Of a stretch of 64,000 bases of DNA, positions 50,980 to 63,315 are shown piece by piece. A model generated the notes under the pieces. It was not told the origin of the DNA. It ran no database searches and worked only from the letters and a program-made list of their open reading frames with translations. This DNA is from Chiloscyllium plagiosum (lineage: Eukaryota). The translations under genes and the position numbers were made by a program. Location of the stretch: contig NC_057718.1 of assembly GCF_004010195.1 (NCBI RefSeq), forward strand, positions 86,020,683 through 86,084,682. Reading direction: 5' to 3'. Numbering within the stretch: the first letter of the stretch is position 1; each line of letters opens with the position of its first letter.

Positions 50980-52680
50980 GAATGTTTAAAGACCTGGTGA
51001 TCAGAGTTCAGGACCGGTATGTTCCAATAAGGAGCAAGGGCAAGGATGGCAAGGTAAGGGATCCTTGGAAACGAGGGAGGTTGTGAATTCGGTCAAAAGA
51101 GAAAAAACAGGGTATGTAAGGTTTAGGAAGCTAAAATCAGACAAGGCCTGCAAGGAGTATAACGAAAGCAGGAAAGAACTCAAGCAGAGAATCAGGAGAG
51201 CAAGAAGGGGCCATGAAATGAGCTTGGTAAGTCAGGTTAAAGAGAATCCCAAGGCATTCCATAACTATACTAAAAACAAGAGGATAAACTGGGAGATGGT
51301 AGGATCACTCAAGGATAAAGGAATGAACTTGTGCTTGGAGGCAGAAGATGTGGGTGAGATCCTAAATGAGTGCTTTGTGTCAGTATTCACCCAGGAGAAG
51401 GATATGGAGGGTAATGAGATTTGTGTGGAGTACACTAACATGCTCGGGCACTTTGAGATTGAGAGAAAAGTGGTGTTGAGTTTCTTGAAATGCATTATGA
51501 TGGATAAGCCCCCAGGGTCCAATGGTATTGACCCGGTGGTAGTATTAGAGGTGAGAGAGGGGATTGCTGGGGCCACGACCAAGGATTTTTTTAATCTCGT
51601 TAGCCAATGGAGCAGTCCTGAGGTCAGAGGAGTAGCTAATGTTGTTCCTCTGTTCAAAAAGGGAAATAGGGATAATCCAGGAAACTACAGTTCAGTGGGT
51701 ATCCCATCGGTGTTTGGGAAGCGACAGGAGAGAATTCTTAGGGACAGATTTACCCGAATTTGGAAAAGCGTGGCCTAATTAGGGACAGTCAGCAAGGCTT
51801 TGTGCAGGGCAGATCATGTCTTACGAACTTGATTGAATTTTTAGAGAAGGTGACGAAGATGATTGATGAGAGTAGAGCAGTGGATGTTGTCCATATGGTT
51901 TTAGTGAGGCATTCGACAGGACCCTCATGGCAGGCTCATCCACAAGCGTAAGATGCATGGGATGCATCCTGACCTGGCCAGCTGGATTCAGAGTTGGCTT
52001 GCCCATTGAAGACAGAGGGTAGTGGTGGAAGGGTGTTTTTCTGGCTGGAGGTCCGTGACTAGTGCTGTTCCACAGGGATCCGTACTGAGACCTGTCCTGT
52101 TGGATATATTTATGACAGACTTGGATGAAAATGTAGATGATTGCGCTCGTATGTTCGCAGATGACACAATGATCAGTGAAATTGTGGACCGTGTAGAAAG
52201 TTGTCAAAGGATACAGTAGGATATATGTCAGTCACAGATACGGGCAGAGTATTGCATTCAATTCTGGTTGCCACATTACAGGAAAGATGTGGAGGCTTTG
52301 TAGAGGGTGCAGAAGAAGTTTATCAGGATGTCCACTGGATTAGAGGGTCTGAGCTGTAAGGAGAGGCTGGAAAAAACTCAGGGGATGTTCTCTGGAGGGG
52401 TGGAGGCTGGGGGGACACTTGACAGAAGCCTACAAAATTATGAGATGCAGAGATAGGGTTGTAGGTCACAATCATTTTCCGAGAGTAAAAATGTGTAATA
52501 ACAGGGGGCATGCACTTAAGGTGAGAGGGAGTAAGTTCAAGGGAGATATGAGGGGCACGTTTTTTTACACAGAGAGTGGTCGGAGGGCTGCCAGGGTTAG
52601 TGGTGGAGGCAGATATGACAGAGGAGTTAAAGGGACTTTTAGAGAAGGACATCAATATGTAAGGTATGGAGGGGCTGCAT
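50980..52680 (+). mobile_element. CR1-type LINE ORF2
   Basis: ORFs 51065..51778 (ANVVPLFKKG..PGNY), 51760..51951 (QQGFVQGRSCLTNL), 52022..52219 (PQGSVL..FADDT) and 52419..52766. Confidence 0.9.
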
Positions 52681-52688
52681 GTTGGCTG

Positions 52689-53020
52689 GGGCAGCATGGT
52701 GGCTCAGTGGTTAGCACAGCTGCCTTACAGCGCCAGGGATCCTGGTTCGATCCCAGCCTCGGGTGACTCTCTGTGTGGGGTTTGCACATTCTCTCCGCGT
52801 CTACATGGGTTTCCTCCAGGTGCTCTGGTTCCATCCTACAATCCAAAGGTCTGCAGTTCAGGTGAAACGACCATACTAAATTGCCCATAGTGCTCGGGGA
52901 TGAGTGGGTTAGGTGCATTAGGCAGGGGTAAACGTGGAGTAATAGGGTAGGGAATAGGTAAAGGTGGGATTTGTTGGGCCGAAGGGCCGGTCTCTGTCTG
53001 GTAGGGATTCTATGATTCTC
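52689..53020 (+). mobile_element. tRNA-derived SINE with CR1-like 3' tail (HE1-like)
   Basis: A-box TGGCTCAGTGG, B-box GGTTCGATCCC, body TTTGCACATTCTC..GGGTTTCCTCC, tail GGGATTCTATGATTCT. The host CR1 tail (TTCTATG)n resumes at about 53030-53160. Confidence 0.8.
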
Positions 53021-53797
53021 TGATCTGCACCAAGGGCAGGAAGAAGGGGTCAGTTTAATATCGCCTCATGTTCGGCACAACATAGTGCACTGAAGGGCCC
53101 AGTCCTGTCCAGCTCTGTGTTCTATGTTCTATGTTCTGTTTTCTATGTTCTATGTTGTGTGTTCCATGCCCTAAAATGAGTTTCCTGTTTAGGGCTATCA
53201 CCCGATCGAATCAGGGAGCTCACTGTTGCTGGGTCAAAATCCTGGAATTCTCACCCTTATAGTATTGTGGGTAAACCCTCAGCACATGGACTGCAGTGGG
53301 TCAAGACGGCAGCTCACCACCACTTTCTCAAGGGCAACAAGAGATAGGCATTAAATGCTGTGCCCGGCCAGCAGTAAAGGAAATCTGCACAACCCACAGA
53401 GTACTTTAAAAATGAGTCATTGTTGCAATGTAGCAGTGAATCTGTATACAGTGAATTCAGCAATAAGAGAAATGATCAAACAATCTGCTTTCACTGATGT
53501 TGGTTCGAGGATAAATATTAGCCAGAAGACCATGGATGACTTCACTGCTTGTCCTCAAAGGAGTGCTGTGGGAAATGTTACACCCAATGAGGAGCATGGA
53601 CTGGTGTAGTGTTACCAGCACATCTGAAGTGGAATTCTGTCAGCCTCAGTCATGTGCTTGATCACATGACCCTGTGATGCAGAGGTGAGAATATCACCAT
53701 AGAGCCAGGACTGTTACTTGTAGTTAGTGTTGACCGAGGAGGACAGACTTGTCGTGTTCAGTAGATTGATGTGCATGTTTTGTAACTTTGCTTCCAG

Positions 53798-54688
53798 TCA
53801 CTTTTTCAAAGAATATTTGACATATTGAATAATTACAAGAAATTTATACATTATTGCATTTTTCAACTTTTCTCTGAATTTGGACTGAGCCAATGCACAG
53901 GAGCTCAGCAGGTGAAACATATCTCCAGTATACTTTGTGAGAAGTAAGGGATCAGTATAATGGTCTGGCTCATAAAATGTATCTGTAATCCTCAAAATGA
54001 GGAAAAACATTCTATATGGCATCCACAGCACAATGAAAGTGCCAGAAATGGTGAACAATAAAGTGATGGATTTCCTTCGGCTCTGCATCTCTGGATCGTC
54101 ACTGTTCTGGGTGTTGCGTTGACCTTGCAGTGCTCTGCGGGTTCGATTAGCCATCACAATGTGTCGGACAGTCAGTGCATTGAGCAGTAAAATGAGAAAG
54201 AATGGCAATAGTGGGTTTAAAATTGTGTCAATTCAGTCAAACCTGATCAATCCTGACAAGATAAAGTAGTCTGGTTTGAAATGAGCACCCCATTCCACAT
54301 TGTTAATGATATAGATTGGCCCAACAGCAAAATACAAGGGAATATTTTTGAGTGAGAACACAGCACACACAGTCACTATAACCACAGCTGCAGTCTCCTC
54401 CCTGCAATATTTTGCTCTCAACCTCTGGCAACAAATGAGGACAAAGCGATCGACAGTGAAAGCGACCGTGAGCCAAACAGAGCAGTCAACAGCTGTGTAG
54501 TTGATCACCTCATTGATGCTCCTTATTGAGGTGAAGTGTAGAAATGAAAATGGGAAATAGTAGTAAAGCATGTAGTAGATTATCACATTGGAAATAATGA
54601 CCAGGAGATCAACTGTCGTCATACCCACCAAATAAAGGGAGATCCCTTTGGATAGACCACAGCCTCCATGAGTTAGAAGGACAATTGT
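53798..54688 (-). pseudogene. GPR139/GPR142-like GPCR pseudogene (close paralog of 39327-40279)
   Basis: ORFs 54233..54631 and 53798..54208 share a frame and are split by TGA (TGG in the intact copy) at 54233-54235. An 18-nt deletion removes TNTCVY in TM7; the acceptor and exon 1 are missing. Confidence 0.92.
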
Positions 54689-55030
54689 GTCCCATCTCGT
54701 CCCCCGACTAATTTAAATCCTCCCAAGTTGCTCCAGCAAATCTCCCCACAGGTTTGTTAGTCCCCCTCCAATTCAGGTGTAGCCCGTCCTCCTTAGACAG
54801 AACACCCCTACTCCAGAAGAGATTCCAATGATCCAAAATTATGAATCCTTCTCCCCTGCAACAGCTCTTTAACCTCACATTTATCTGCCCTATCCTCCTA
54901 GTCCTACTCTCACTGACACATGACAATGGGTGTCATCCAGACATTGCTACCCTCCAGGACCTATTTTTTAACCTCCTCCCTAATGTCCCATATTCTCTCC
55001 TCAGAACTTCATCCTCTTCTCTTCCTCTGC
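54689..55030 (-). mobile_element. CR1 ORF1 (SGNH esterase-like) fragment
   Basis: ORF 54708..54926 RIGQINVRLKSCCRGEGF..DHW..FW..DGLHLNWRGTN. Confidence 0.8.
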
Positions 55031-56049
55031 CATTAAAGGCTCACAATATTTCTGTTGTATCTTCCCTTTGGTGCAGACACAAAGCCAGACAGTTTGTTGT
55101 GGTCTCCAGCCGTCATCAGCCAAGGGAGCGGACATGTTGCTGTGCAGCACCGCACTACATCGATCTTGCACCCGCATCATGTGACAACAGTGTCCAGTTT
55201 GTATGAATTGTGTCATCCAAAATGGAATAAAATGAATGGAACAATATTGGTATCATTGACAGTCACGCATCACACTCCATGAGACACACATCGACACTTC
55301 CTTGGCAAGTCTTCCATATCTAGATTTATTCTCTCTTTAGAGAGCTAATCAACCCTCCCCAATTTACTCGACCTCACTCTTTCTCTGTCCAAACATAAAT
55401 TACCTGAGTCCTTTGGTTCAGCACAACACACCATGTTTTTCACAGATTTTGGCTTCACTGACTGCAGCCCAACAATGTCTCTTTCCCTGAACTCTAGTAC
55501 CATGGCCCCTTTCACCTTCCCATTGGTTTCAGACAGGACCCTTCCTCAGGATCTGTTGTGCCTTTTCCAGCTCCAAGCTTCATCAACTCTGATTTCTCCA
55601 GCATCAGCAGGTCCCCATTGTCTCCTTATTATTGAAGTGATTGATGCTGGAAATAAAGGAGATCAGTGATGTGTATATGCCCTGCATGACCTTTCTGTTA
55701 CTCAGTGTGTGTTGTTACATTGATGATGTGAACCTCCTGATCAACCGGAATATTAGATCTACTCGTTCCCTCCTGGTCCCGTCGGTGCAGGGTAATAAAC
55801 TGTTTGCTGTCCTGGTCTGGAATACACACACAAAGGAACCTTTAGAAAGTTTGGCAGGAAGTCAGGGTTGAAGTGGACACCAAGCAGGTTAATCAGTCTG
55901 GAGCCAGAGAAAAGGGATTTCAATTGTATGAAGAAACTAAAGAATTTGGGATTGTTCCCTTATTCAAAATTTTGAAAAGTTTTGATAGATTTGAGAGAGA
56001 CAAAATCCTTTGAGCAGAGAGTCAGTAACCAAAGGTTAGATAAAATCTC

Positions 56050-56791
56050 TTTGCCCATTCCATTCTTAATCTCTCTCCTGTACTTTGTGTATTCTGCTTG
56101 GATCGGGACTGAATGATGAAGCTGTCAGTGTGGAGCTGCCCTGCTCAGTTGCTGATATTTGCCCCAGGAATGGCAGACACGGGGAAATTAGTACCCCACA
56201 CTGCGGGCAGGCTCCTGCTCCTGACGCAGGCCTTTCTCCAGCTCCAGGGGCAGGAGAGGAGACCCCAACACCAGCCCATGCTAGCCCTGTCTGAGGTTCC
56301 CACCCGGGTCAGTGCAGTCTCAGCCGCCTGGAGGAATGCCCAGCGCTGTCCGAGGAAGGTCAAGTCCTTCTCCACTCTGCCAGGTTACGTTGCACCATCT
56401 TCTCTCCAATACCTCACACTCACTCTGTTTCTGCTCCTGTACCCACCACCCACTAAAGCTCATCCTTTCCCATTCTCACTATTGTCTGCAACATCTCCCC
56501 CACTGGCTGTTATCGAGCCCAACCCCCAACACCACTAACCCTGCATGCCCTCTGCACTGCCTACTCACTCAGTCAGGGTACCATGCCATCCGTACCAACA
56601 GTACCAGCTGTGCCGCCCACTTTCATCTTCCTTAATACCAGCCTCACTCTCTTTCCAGGAGGAGAACAGCCCAAACAGGACAGAAAGACTCAAGGTGGGA
56701 GGCAGGCTGCCTGCCATTCAATAGCTCTCCCATGATAAGGAGAGGATCCTGACTCTGACTGCCCCGAGCAGGCCCTGGACTGGTACCGGAG
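56050..56791 (+). mobile_element. Harbinger-type Myb/SANT-like accessory gene relic
   Basis: ORF 56113..56538 MADTGKLVP..RRPQHQPMLALSEVPTRVSAVSAAWRNAQRCPRKVKSF resembles the MSANTD/trihelix pattern AWxEVAxRVSAVS..RxxxQCRKKxND. Confidence 0.55.
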
Positions 56792-57949
56792 NNNNNNNNN
56801 NNNNNNNNNNNNNNNNNNNNNNNNNNNNNNNNNNNNNNNNNNNNNNNNNNNNNNNNNNNNNNNNNNNNNNNNNNNNNNNNNNNNNNNNNNNNNNNNNNNN
56901 NNNNNNNNNNNNNNNNNNNNNNNNNNNNNNNNNNNNNNNNNNNNNNNNNNNNNNNNNNNNNNNNNNNNNNNNNNNNNNNNNNNNNNNNNNNNNNNNNNNN
57001 NNNNNNNNNNNNNNNNNNNNNNNNNNNNNNNNNNNNNNNNNNNNNNNNNNNNNNNNNNNNNNNNNNNNNNNNNNNNNNNNNNNNNNNNNNNNNNNNNNNN
57101 NNNNNNNNNNNNNNNNNNNNNNNNNNNNNNNNNNNNNNNNNNNNNNNNNNNNNNNNNNNNNNNNNNNNNNNNNNNNNNNNNNNNNNNNNNNNNNNNNNNN
57201 NNNNNNNNNNNNNNNNNNNNNNNNNNNNNNNNNNNNNNNNNNNNNNNNNNNNNNNNNNNNNNNNNNNNNNNNNNNNNNNNNNNNNNNNNNNNNNNNNNNN
57301 NNNNNNNNNNNNNNNNNNNNNNNNNNNNNNNNNNNNNNNNNNNNNNNNNNNNNNNNNNNNNNNNNNNNNNNNNNNNNNNNNNNNNNNNNNNNNNNNNNNN
57401 NNNNNNNNNNNNNNNNNNNNNNNNNNNNNNNNNNNNNNNNNNNNNNNNNNNNNNNNNNCTTATCAAAAACATGAAAGGTGGAGCAAGACCATCTTGATGT
57501 TTAGACGGGCCTCGCTGCACGTGTCACCTGATTCTGTCACATGATTTGCCATTGTCCACGTCACAAAGACCCCGATAAGATTCCGCCCAAAATTTATTCC
57601 CACAACAATCTGAAATGTACAGGCATTGAAAAACACTCACTCCCTCATGAACGCACACGGACACACACAAAGGGAGAGAAACTCAGATGTACACACACAG
57701 ACTCAGACACCGACAACGACAGATACAATACAGACCAATTTTCATGAATTATTACTAACAGAAACAAAAGAAGTAAATCACATTTTACAATTTAGCTCTT
57801 TAAGTTGCAAGTACATTTAATTGATTGTCTACACTCTTGTGGTTTATTTGTTTAAAAGTAAATGAGAAATGTTTGGGTTTCTAAAAAATTTATGATGCTG
57901 TTTTGATGGAGATGTACTTTAATTAACAAGAGGGAAAAAGCTCCTTGAC

Positions 57950-59487
57950 CTCATCCTAATGAACCTCCCAGCTGCAGATGTATCTGTCCATGACATGACG
58001 GGGAAGAGTGACTCCCACACAGTCCTTGTGGAGGCCAGATCCTGCCTTCACATTGAGAATACTCTCCATTGTGTCGTGTGGCACTCTCACTGGGATAAAT
58101 GGGACTGATCTAACATCTCAAGACTTGGCTTCCATGAGGCACTGTGGACTATCAACACAATCTGTTTCCCCTCGCGTGGGGGATTTCAAGAGTGGAGGGA
58201 ATATTTTTAATGTGAAAAGAGAAAAATATTAACAAGACATGGGGGCAACTTTTGTTACACAGAGTGCATAGTGTGTGGTATGAACTCCCAGAGCAAGTGA
58301 TGGATGTGGGGTCATTTACAATATTTAGAAGCCATAAGAAAAAGTTTATGAAAAAGAAATGTTTAGAGGGATATGGGTGAAGCACAGGCAGTTGAAACTA
58401 GTTGAGTTTGGGATTCCATTCGGCATGGATTGGTTGGACTGTAGAGTCTGTTTCTGTGCTCCATGACTCCATGACTCTTTGACTCTTTGACTGTTTGACT
58501 TTACTCCAACACAATCTGCAACCTCATGGCCCTGTATATTCTCCACTCACCCATTGCCATCAAGCCAAGACATCAATCCTGGTACAATGGAGAGTGCAGG
58601 ACGACATGCCGGGAGCAGCACCAGGTATACCTAAAAATGAGATGACAGCCTGGTGAGGCTACCAAACAGGATTGTTTGCATGTCACACAGCATCAGAGCC
58701 AGTGATAGACAGAGCAAAGCAATCCCAAAACCAATGGATCAGACCTTTGTTCCATATTCCCACCACATCCAGTCATAAATGTTGGTGGTCAATTGAACAA
58801 CTCACTGGAGGAAGAATCTCCACAAATATCCCCATCCTCAATGACAGAAGAGTCCCACACATCTGTGTAAATGATAAATCTGAATCACTCACGTCAATAT
58901 TCAGACAGAAATGCCGAGTGGATGATCCAATTTGGGCACCTTCAGTGCTCCTCAGCATCACAGATACTGGTCTTCAGTGAATCCAATGCACTCCATGTGA
59001 TCTCAAGGAATGACTGGAAAAGCTGGATACTGGATGTGAGTCCCGACAATATTCTGGTCATAGTACTGAAAACTTGTGCTCCAGAACTTCCCACTCCCCT
59101 AGCCAATTTGTTCCTGTACATTTACAACATTCGGAATTCTGCAGCGAGCAATGTGACTCCCAAAGTCTGTCCACCATCTGTGAATAACAAGTCACGAATG
59201 CTATGGAATATTCCCCATTTGCCTGGATGTGTGAAGTTCCTGCAACCCTAAAGAAATGTTTCATCATTCAGGATAAGGCAGCCCGCTCGATTGGCACCAC
59301 ATCCACAAGCATTTACTCCCTCCACCAATGATGCTCAGTAGCAGCAGTGTGTATTGTCTTTAAGATGCATTGCAGAAATTCACCAAAGATCCCCAGACAG
59401 CACCTTCCAAACATACAACCACTTCCATCAAGAAGGACAAGGGCAGCACATGGATGGGATCGCAAACAGCTGAAAGTTCCCCTCCAT
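57950..59487 (+). mobile_element. Old CR1/L2-superfamily LINE, with a CR1 3' end inserted at about 58155-58495
   Basis: ORFs 58672..58980 and 58871..59251 (PDNI..VLKTCAPEL..PLA.LF); 59300-59480 matches the reverse of 41500-41700; (CTCCATGA) tail at about 58460. Confidence 0.7.
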
Positions 59488-60012
59488 NNNNNNNNNNNNN
59501 NNNNNNNNNNNNNNNNNNNNNNNNNNNNNNNNNNNNNNNNNNNNNNNNNNNNNNNNNNNNNNNNNNNNNNNNNNNNNNNNNNNNNNNNNNNNNNNNNNNN
59601 NNNNNNNNNNNNNNNNNNNNNNNNNNNNNNNNNNNNNNNNNNNNNNNNNNNNNNNNNNNNNNNNNNNNNNNNNNNNNNNNNNNNNNNNNNNNNNNNNNNN
59701 NNNNNNNNNNNNNNNNNNNNNNNNNNNNNNNNNNNNNNNNNNNNNNNNNNNNNNNNNNNNNNNNNNNNNNNNNNNNNNNNNNNGTGGGAAATGTTACACC
59801 CAATGAGGAGCATGGACTGGTGTTGTGTTACCAGCACATCTGAAGTGGAATTCTGTCAGCCCCAATCATGTGCTTGATCACATGACCCAGTGATGCAGAG
59901 ATGTGAATAGACCACAGAGCCAAGACTGTTACTTAGAGTTTGTATCAACCTCTGAAGACAGAATTGTAATAGTCAGTAGATTGATGGGAATGTGTTGTAA
60001 CTTTGTTTCCAG

Positions 60013-60927
60013 TCACTTTTTAAAACAATATTTTACATGTTGAAAAATTTCAAGAAATGGAAATATTATTGCATTTCTCAAATTATCCCTGAATTTAGAC
60101 TGAGCCAATGCATAAATCAACGTGTTTGTACAGGAGCTCAGCAGTTGAAACATATCTCCAGTATAGTTTGCAATAAATATGGGATTGGTATCATGATCCG
60201 GCTGATAAAATTTTTCTGTAATTCTAGAAATGAGGAAAAACATAATATATGACATCCACAGCACGATGAAAGTGCCAGAAGTAACGAGCAGCAAAGTGAT
60301 GGATTTACTTCGGCTCTGCATCTCTGGATTGTCACTGTTCTGGGTGTTGCGTTGACCTTGCAGTGCTCTGCGGGTTCGGTTAGCCATCACAATGTGTCGG
60401 ACAGTCAGTGTATTAAGGAGTAAAATTATAAAGAATGGCAATAGTGGGTTTGAAATTGTATCAAGCCAGTCAAAACTGATCCATCCTGGCAAGATAAAGT
60501 AGTCTGGTTTGAAATGAGAGCCCCACTCCACATTGTTAATTATATAGATTGGCTCAAATCCAAAACACAAGGGAATATTTTTGAGTGAGAACGCAACGCA
60601 CACAGTCAGTATCACCACAGCTGCAGTTTCCTCCCTGCAATACTTTGCTCTCAACCTCTGGCAACAAATGAGGACAAAGTGATCGACAGTGAAAGTGACC
60701 ATGAGCCAAACAGAGCAGTCAACAGCTGTGTAGTTGATCACCTCATTGATGCTCCTTATTGAGGTGGTGTAGAAATGAAAATGGGAAATAGTAGGAAAGC
60801 ATGTAGATTATCACATTGGAAATAATGACCAGGAGATCAACTGTCGTCATACCCACCAAATAAAGAGTGATCCCTTTAGATAGACCACAGCCTCCACGAA
60901 TTAGAAGGACAATTGTCAGGAAGTGCA
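60013..60927 (-). pseudogene. GPR139/GPR142-like GPCR exon 2, frameshifted paralog
   Basis: Acceptor CTTTTCTTTGTAG|TG at 60928/60927. ORFs 60743..60928 and 60013..60741 are split by a 2-nt deletion near 60767 (CACTTCACC to CACCACC); N1.50 to H and DRF to DHF. Confidence 0.85.
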
Positions 60928-61825
60928 CTACAAAGAAAAGAGCAGAATCCCCAGATTAATCACACAAAATTACTTGGAAATTATGATACAAAACCAGGTC
61001 ATTTTGTCCAATAAGTCTACGTTGAGGTTCACACTGCACAGGTGTTTCCTCCCACTGACTTTATCTTACAATATTGAGATATTATTCCTTTCAGCCTCAT
61101 GTAGTTACTGAGATTTCCCATCAGGTAAACTCACAAATGTGTAGAAATATTGCACAGATCGGAAGGAAGCAAAATCTTTCTCAAACCAGAATCCCTTTAC
61201 AGAGACGTGCAAGGCTATAATTAAACAGAAGGGTGGATGGGGGTGGGAGGGGCTGCCTCATTTGAACATTGACTAATTTACATACAATTTTATGAAGCTA
61301 ATTGTGAGCTCAATTGACCACAATTGTGTGGGATATATTTTATTAAAAAGGTTTCACAGGCAAAACAGTATGGGCAGAGTACGTTCCAGCAGTGTTACGT
61401 CAGGGACACTGAGACAGATAAAAATCCAGCCATATCTTTGTAAGTGGAGATGTCCTCAGTGGTGTTTCCCATGAAGGTGGTAGATTGAGCTCCAGTTGGT
61501 TTCAAGGACTTTGTGTTGTTCAGTCAGGACATTAAGAAACATACCAGAGGAAAGAGGGGGCTTAAAGCCTTAAGATAGGTGTGTTGTTAAGCCTGAGACT
61601 CAAACAGGAGACCACAGGCAGCTGTCCCCATGGGGATTGTAAACGTGGGAGGAGATCAAGACAAGAAGGTTCAAGAGGGCAGATAGCCAAGGGCAGGTGG
61701 GATCTGTATAACAGGGACATAATGGACATAGTCCTGTGTAAGGAAACCATTGAGAATAGCAGCAGCCTGAAAGGAGAATGTACGATCGTTGCCTTTAGTC
61801 TTTAAACAGTGTATAAACTATCTAC

Positions 61826-62097
61826 TGTTCCCATGACTTGTCCTACCTGCCTATCTCCTTTTCCACCTATCCACTCCACCCTCTCCTCCCTGACCTATCA
61901 CCATCATCCCCTCCCCCACTCACCTATTGTACTCTATGCTACTCTCTCCCCACCCCCACCCTCCCCTAGCTTATCTCTCCACACTTCAGGCTCTCTGCCT
62001 TTATTCCTGATGAAGGGCTTTTGCCAGAAACGTCAATTTCGCTGCTCCTTGGATGCTGCCTGAATTGCTGTGCTCTTCCAGCACCACTAATCCAGAA
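61826..62097 (+). mobile_element. Penelope terminal fragment with hammerhead motif and 14-bp target duplication
   Basis: Nearly identical to 1-200; CTGATGA at 62007-62013; TATAAACTATCTAC at 61812-61825 and 62098-62111. Confidence 0.85.
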
Positions 62098-62594
62098 TAT
62101 AAACTATCTACAGCATTGGAGCTCCAGTTACTGCACAGAGTGTGCCTTTCCAGGAAGTTAGTGATGTCTCTTTGTTACAAATCAGTTCCAATTGTGTCTC
62201 TGGGTATTCTGTGTCTGTAGCTTTAAAGATCACCTCAGGCTTTGAGCTCTCATACCTCCAGCTCTTTGTGAGCATTAGACCGAGACCTTTACAGTGGCCT
62301 GTAAGCTCCTGTACAACACTGTATGAAAACAGGGACATTTGCAAGGCTTTGGTGTGCTCACACCGACATCTTTTTCACCACAGATGAGGTTCACCAGTCA
62401 GAAAGATGGCCACAGGTTTCAGGAATCTNNNNNNNNNNNNNNNNNNNNNNNNNNNNNNNNNNNNNNNNNNNNNNNNNNNNNNNNNNNNNNNNNNNNNNNN
62501 NNNNNNNNNNNNNNNNNNNNNNNNNNNNNNNNNNNNNNNNNNNNNNNNNNNNNNNNNNNNNNNNNNNNNNNNNNNNNNNNNNNNNNNNNNNNNN

Positions 62595-63315
62595 ATCAAG
62601 AATTTATCAATCTCTGCCTTGAAGCCATTCAATGCCTCGGCCCCCACGGCACACCGTCACTATAAATTTCACAGGTCACCACTCTCTGGCTGAAGAAATA
62701 TCTCCTCATTTCCATTCTAAATTGACCCCCTTTAATTTTAAGGATATGCCCATGGGTCCTAAACTCCCCACCTAATGGAAACAACTACCCAGCGCCTACC
62801 CTTTCTAAGCCATGCATTGTCCTGTAAGTTGCTATTAGAATTCCTCTCAACCTTCTAAACTCTAATGGATACAATCCCAAGAGCATCAGCCGATCATTGC
62901 ATTTTAGGCCTACCATTCCAGGGATCATCTGTGTGAATCTCTGCTGGACACGCTCCGTGCCAGTATGTGCTTCCTGAGATGTGGGTCCCAAAATTGGACA
63001 CAGTACTCCAAATGGGGCCTAACTAGAGCTTTATAAAGTCTCAGTAACACATCACTGCTTTTACGTTACAACCCTCTTGAGATAAATTACAAAATTACAT
63101 TTGCTTTTTTAATCATGGATTCAACCTGCAAGTCAACTTTAGAGAATCCTGGACTAGCACTCCCAGATCCCTTTGTACTTTGGCTTTATAAATTTTCTCA
63201 CCGTTTAAAAACGAGTCTATGCCTGTATTCTTTCTCCCATAATTGCAAGACCTCACATTTGCTCACGTTGAATTTCATCAGCTATTTCCTGGGCCACTCT
63301 CCGAAACTGTCAAAA
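62595..63315 (-). mobile_element. CR1-type LINE 3' portion
   Basis: ORF 62785..62991 ([27 protein letters not shown]). Confidence 0.85.

Noticed and set aside
52689..52770. Possible tRNA gene (also 45897-45970)
   Set aside because: A and B boxes run into a SINE body; no complete cloverleaf or oligo-T terminator.
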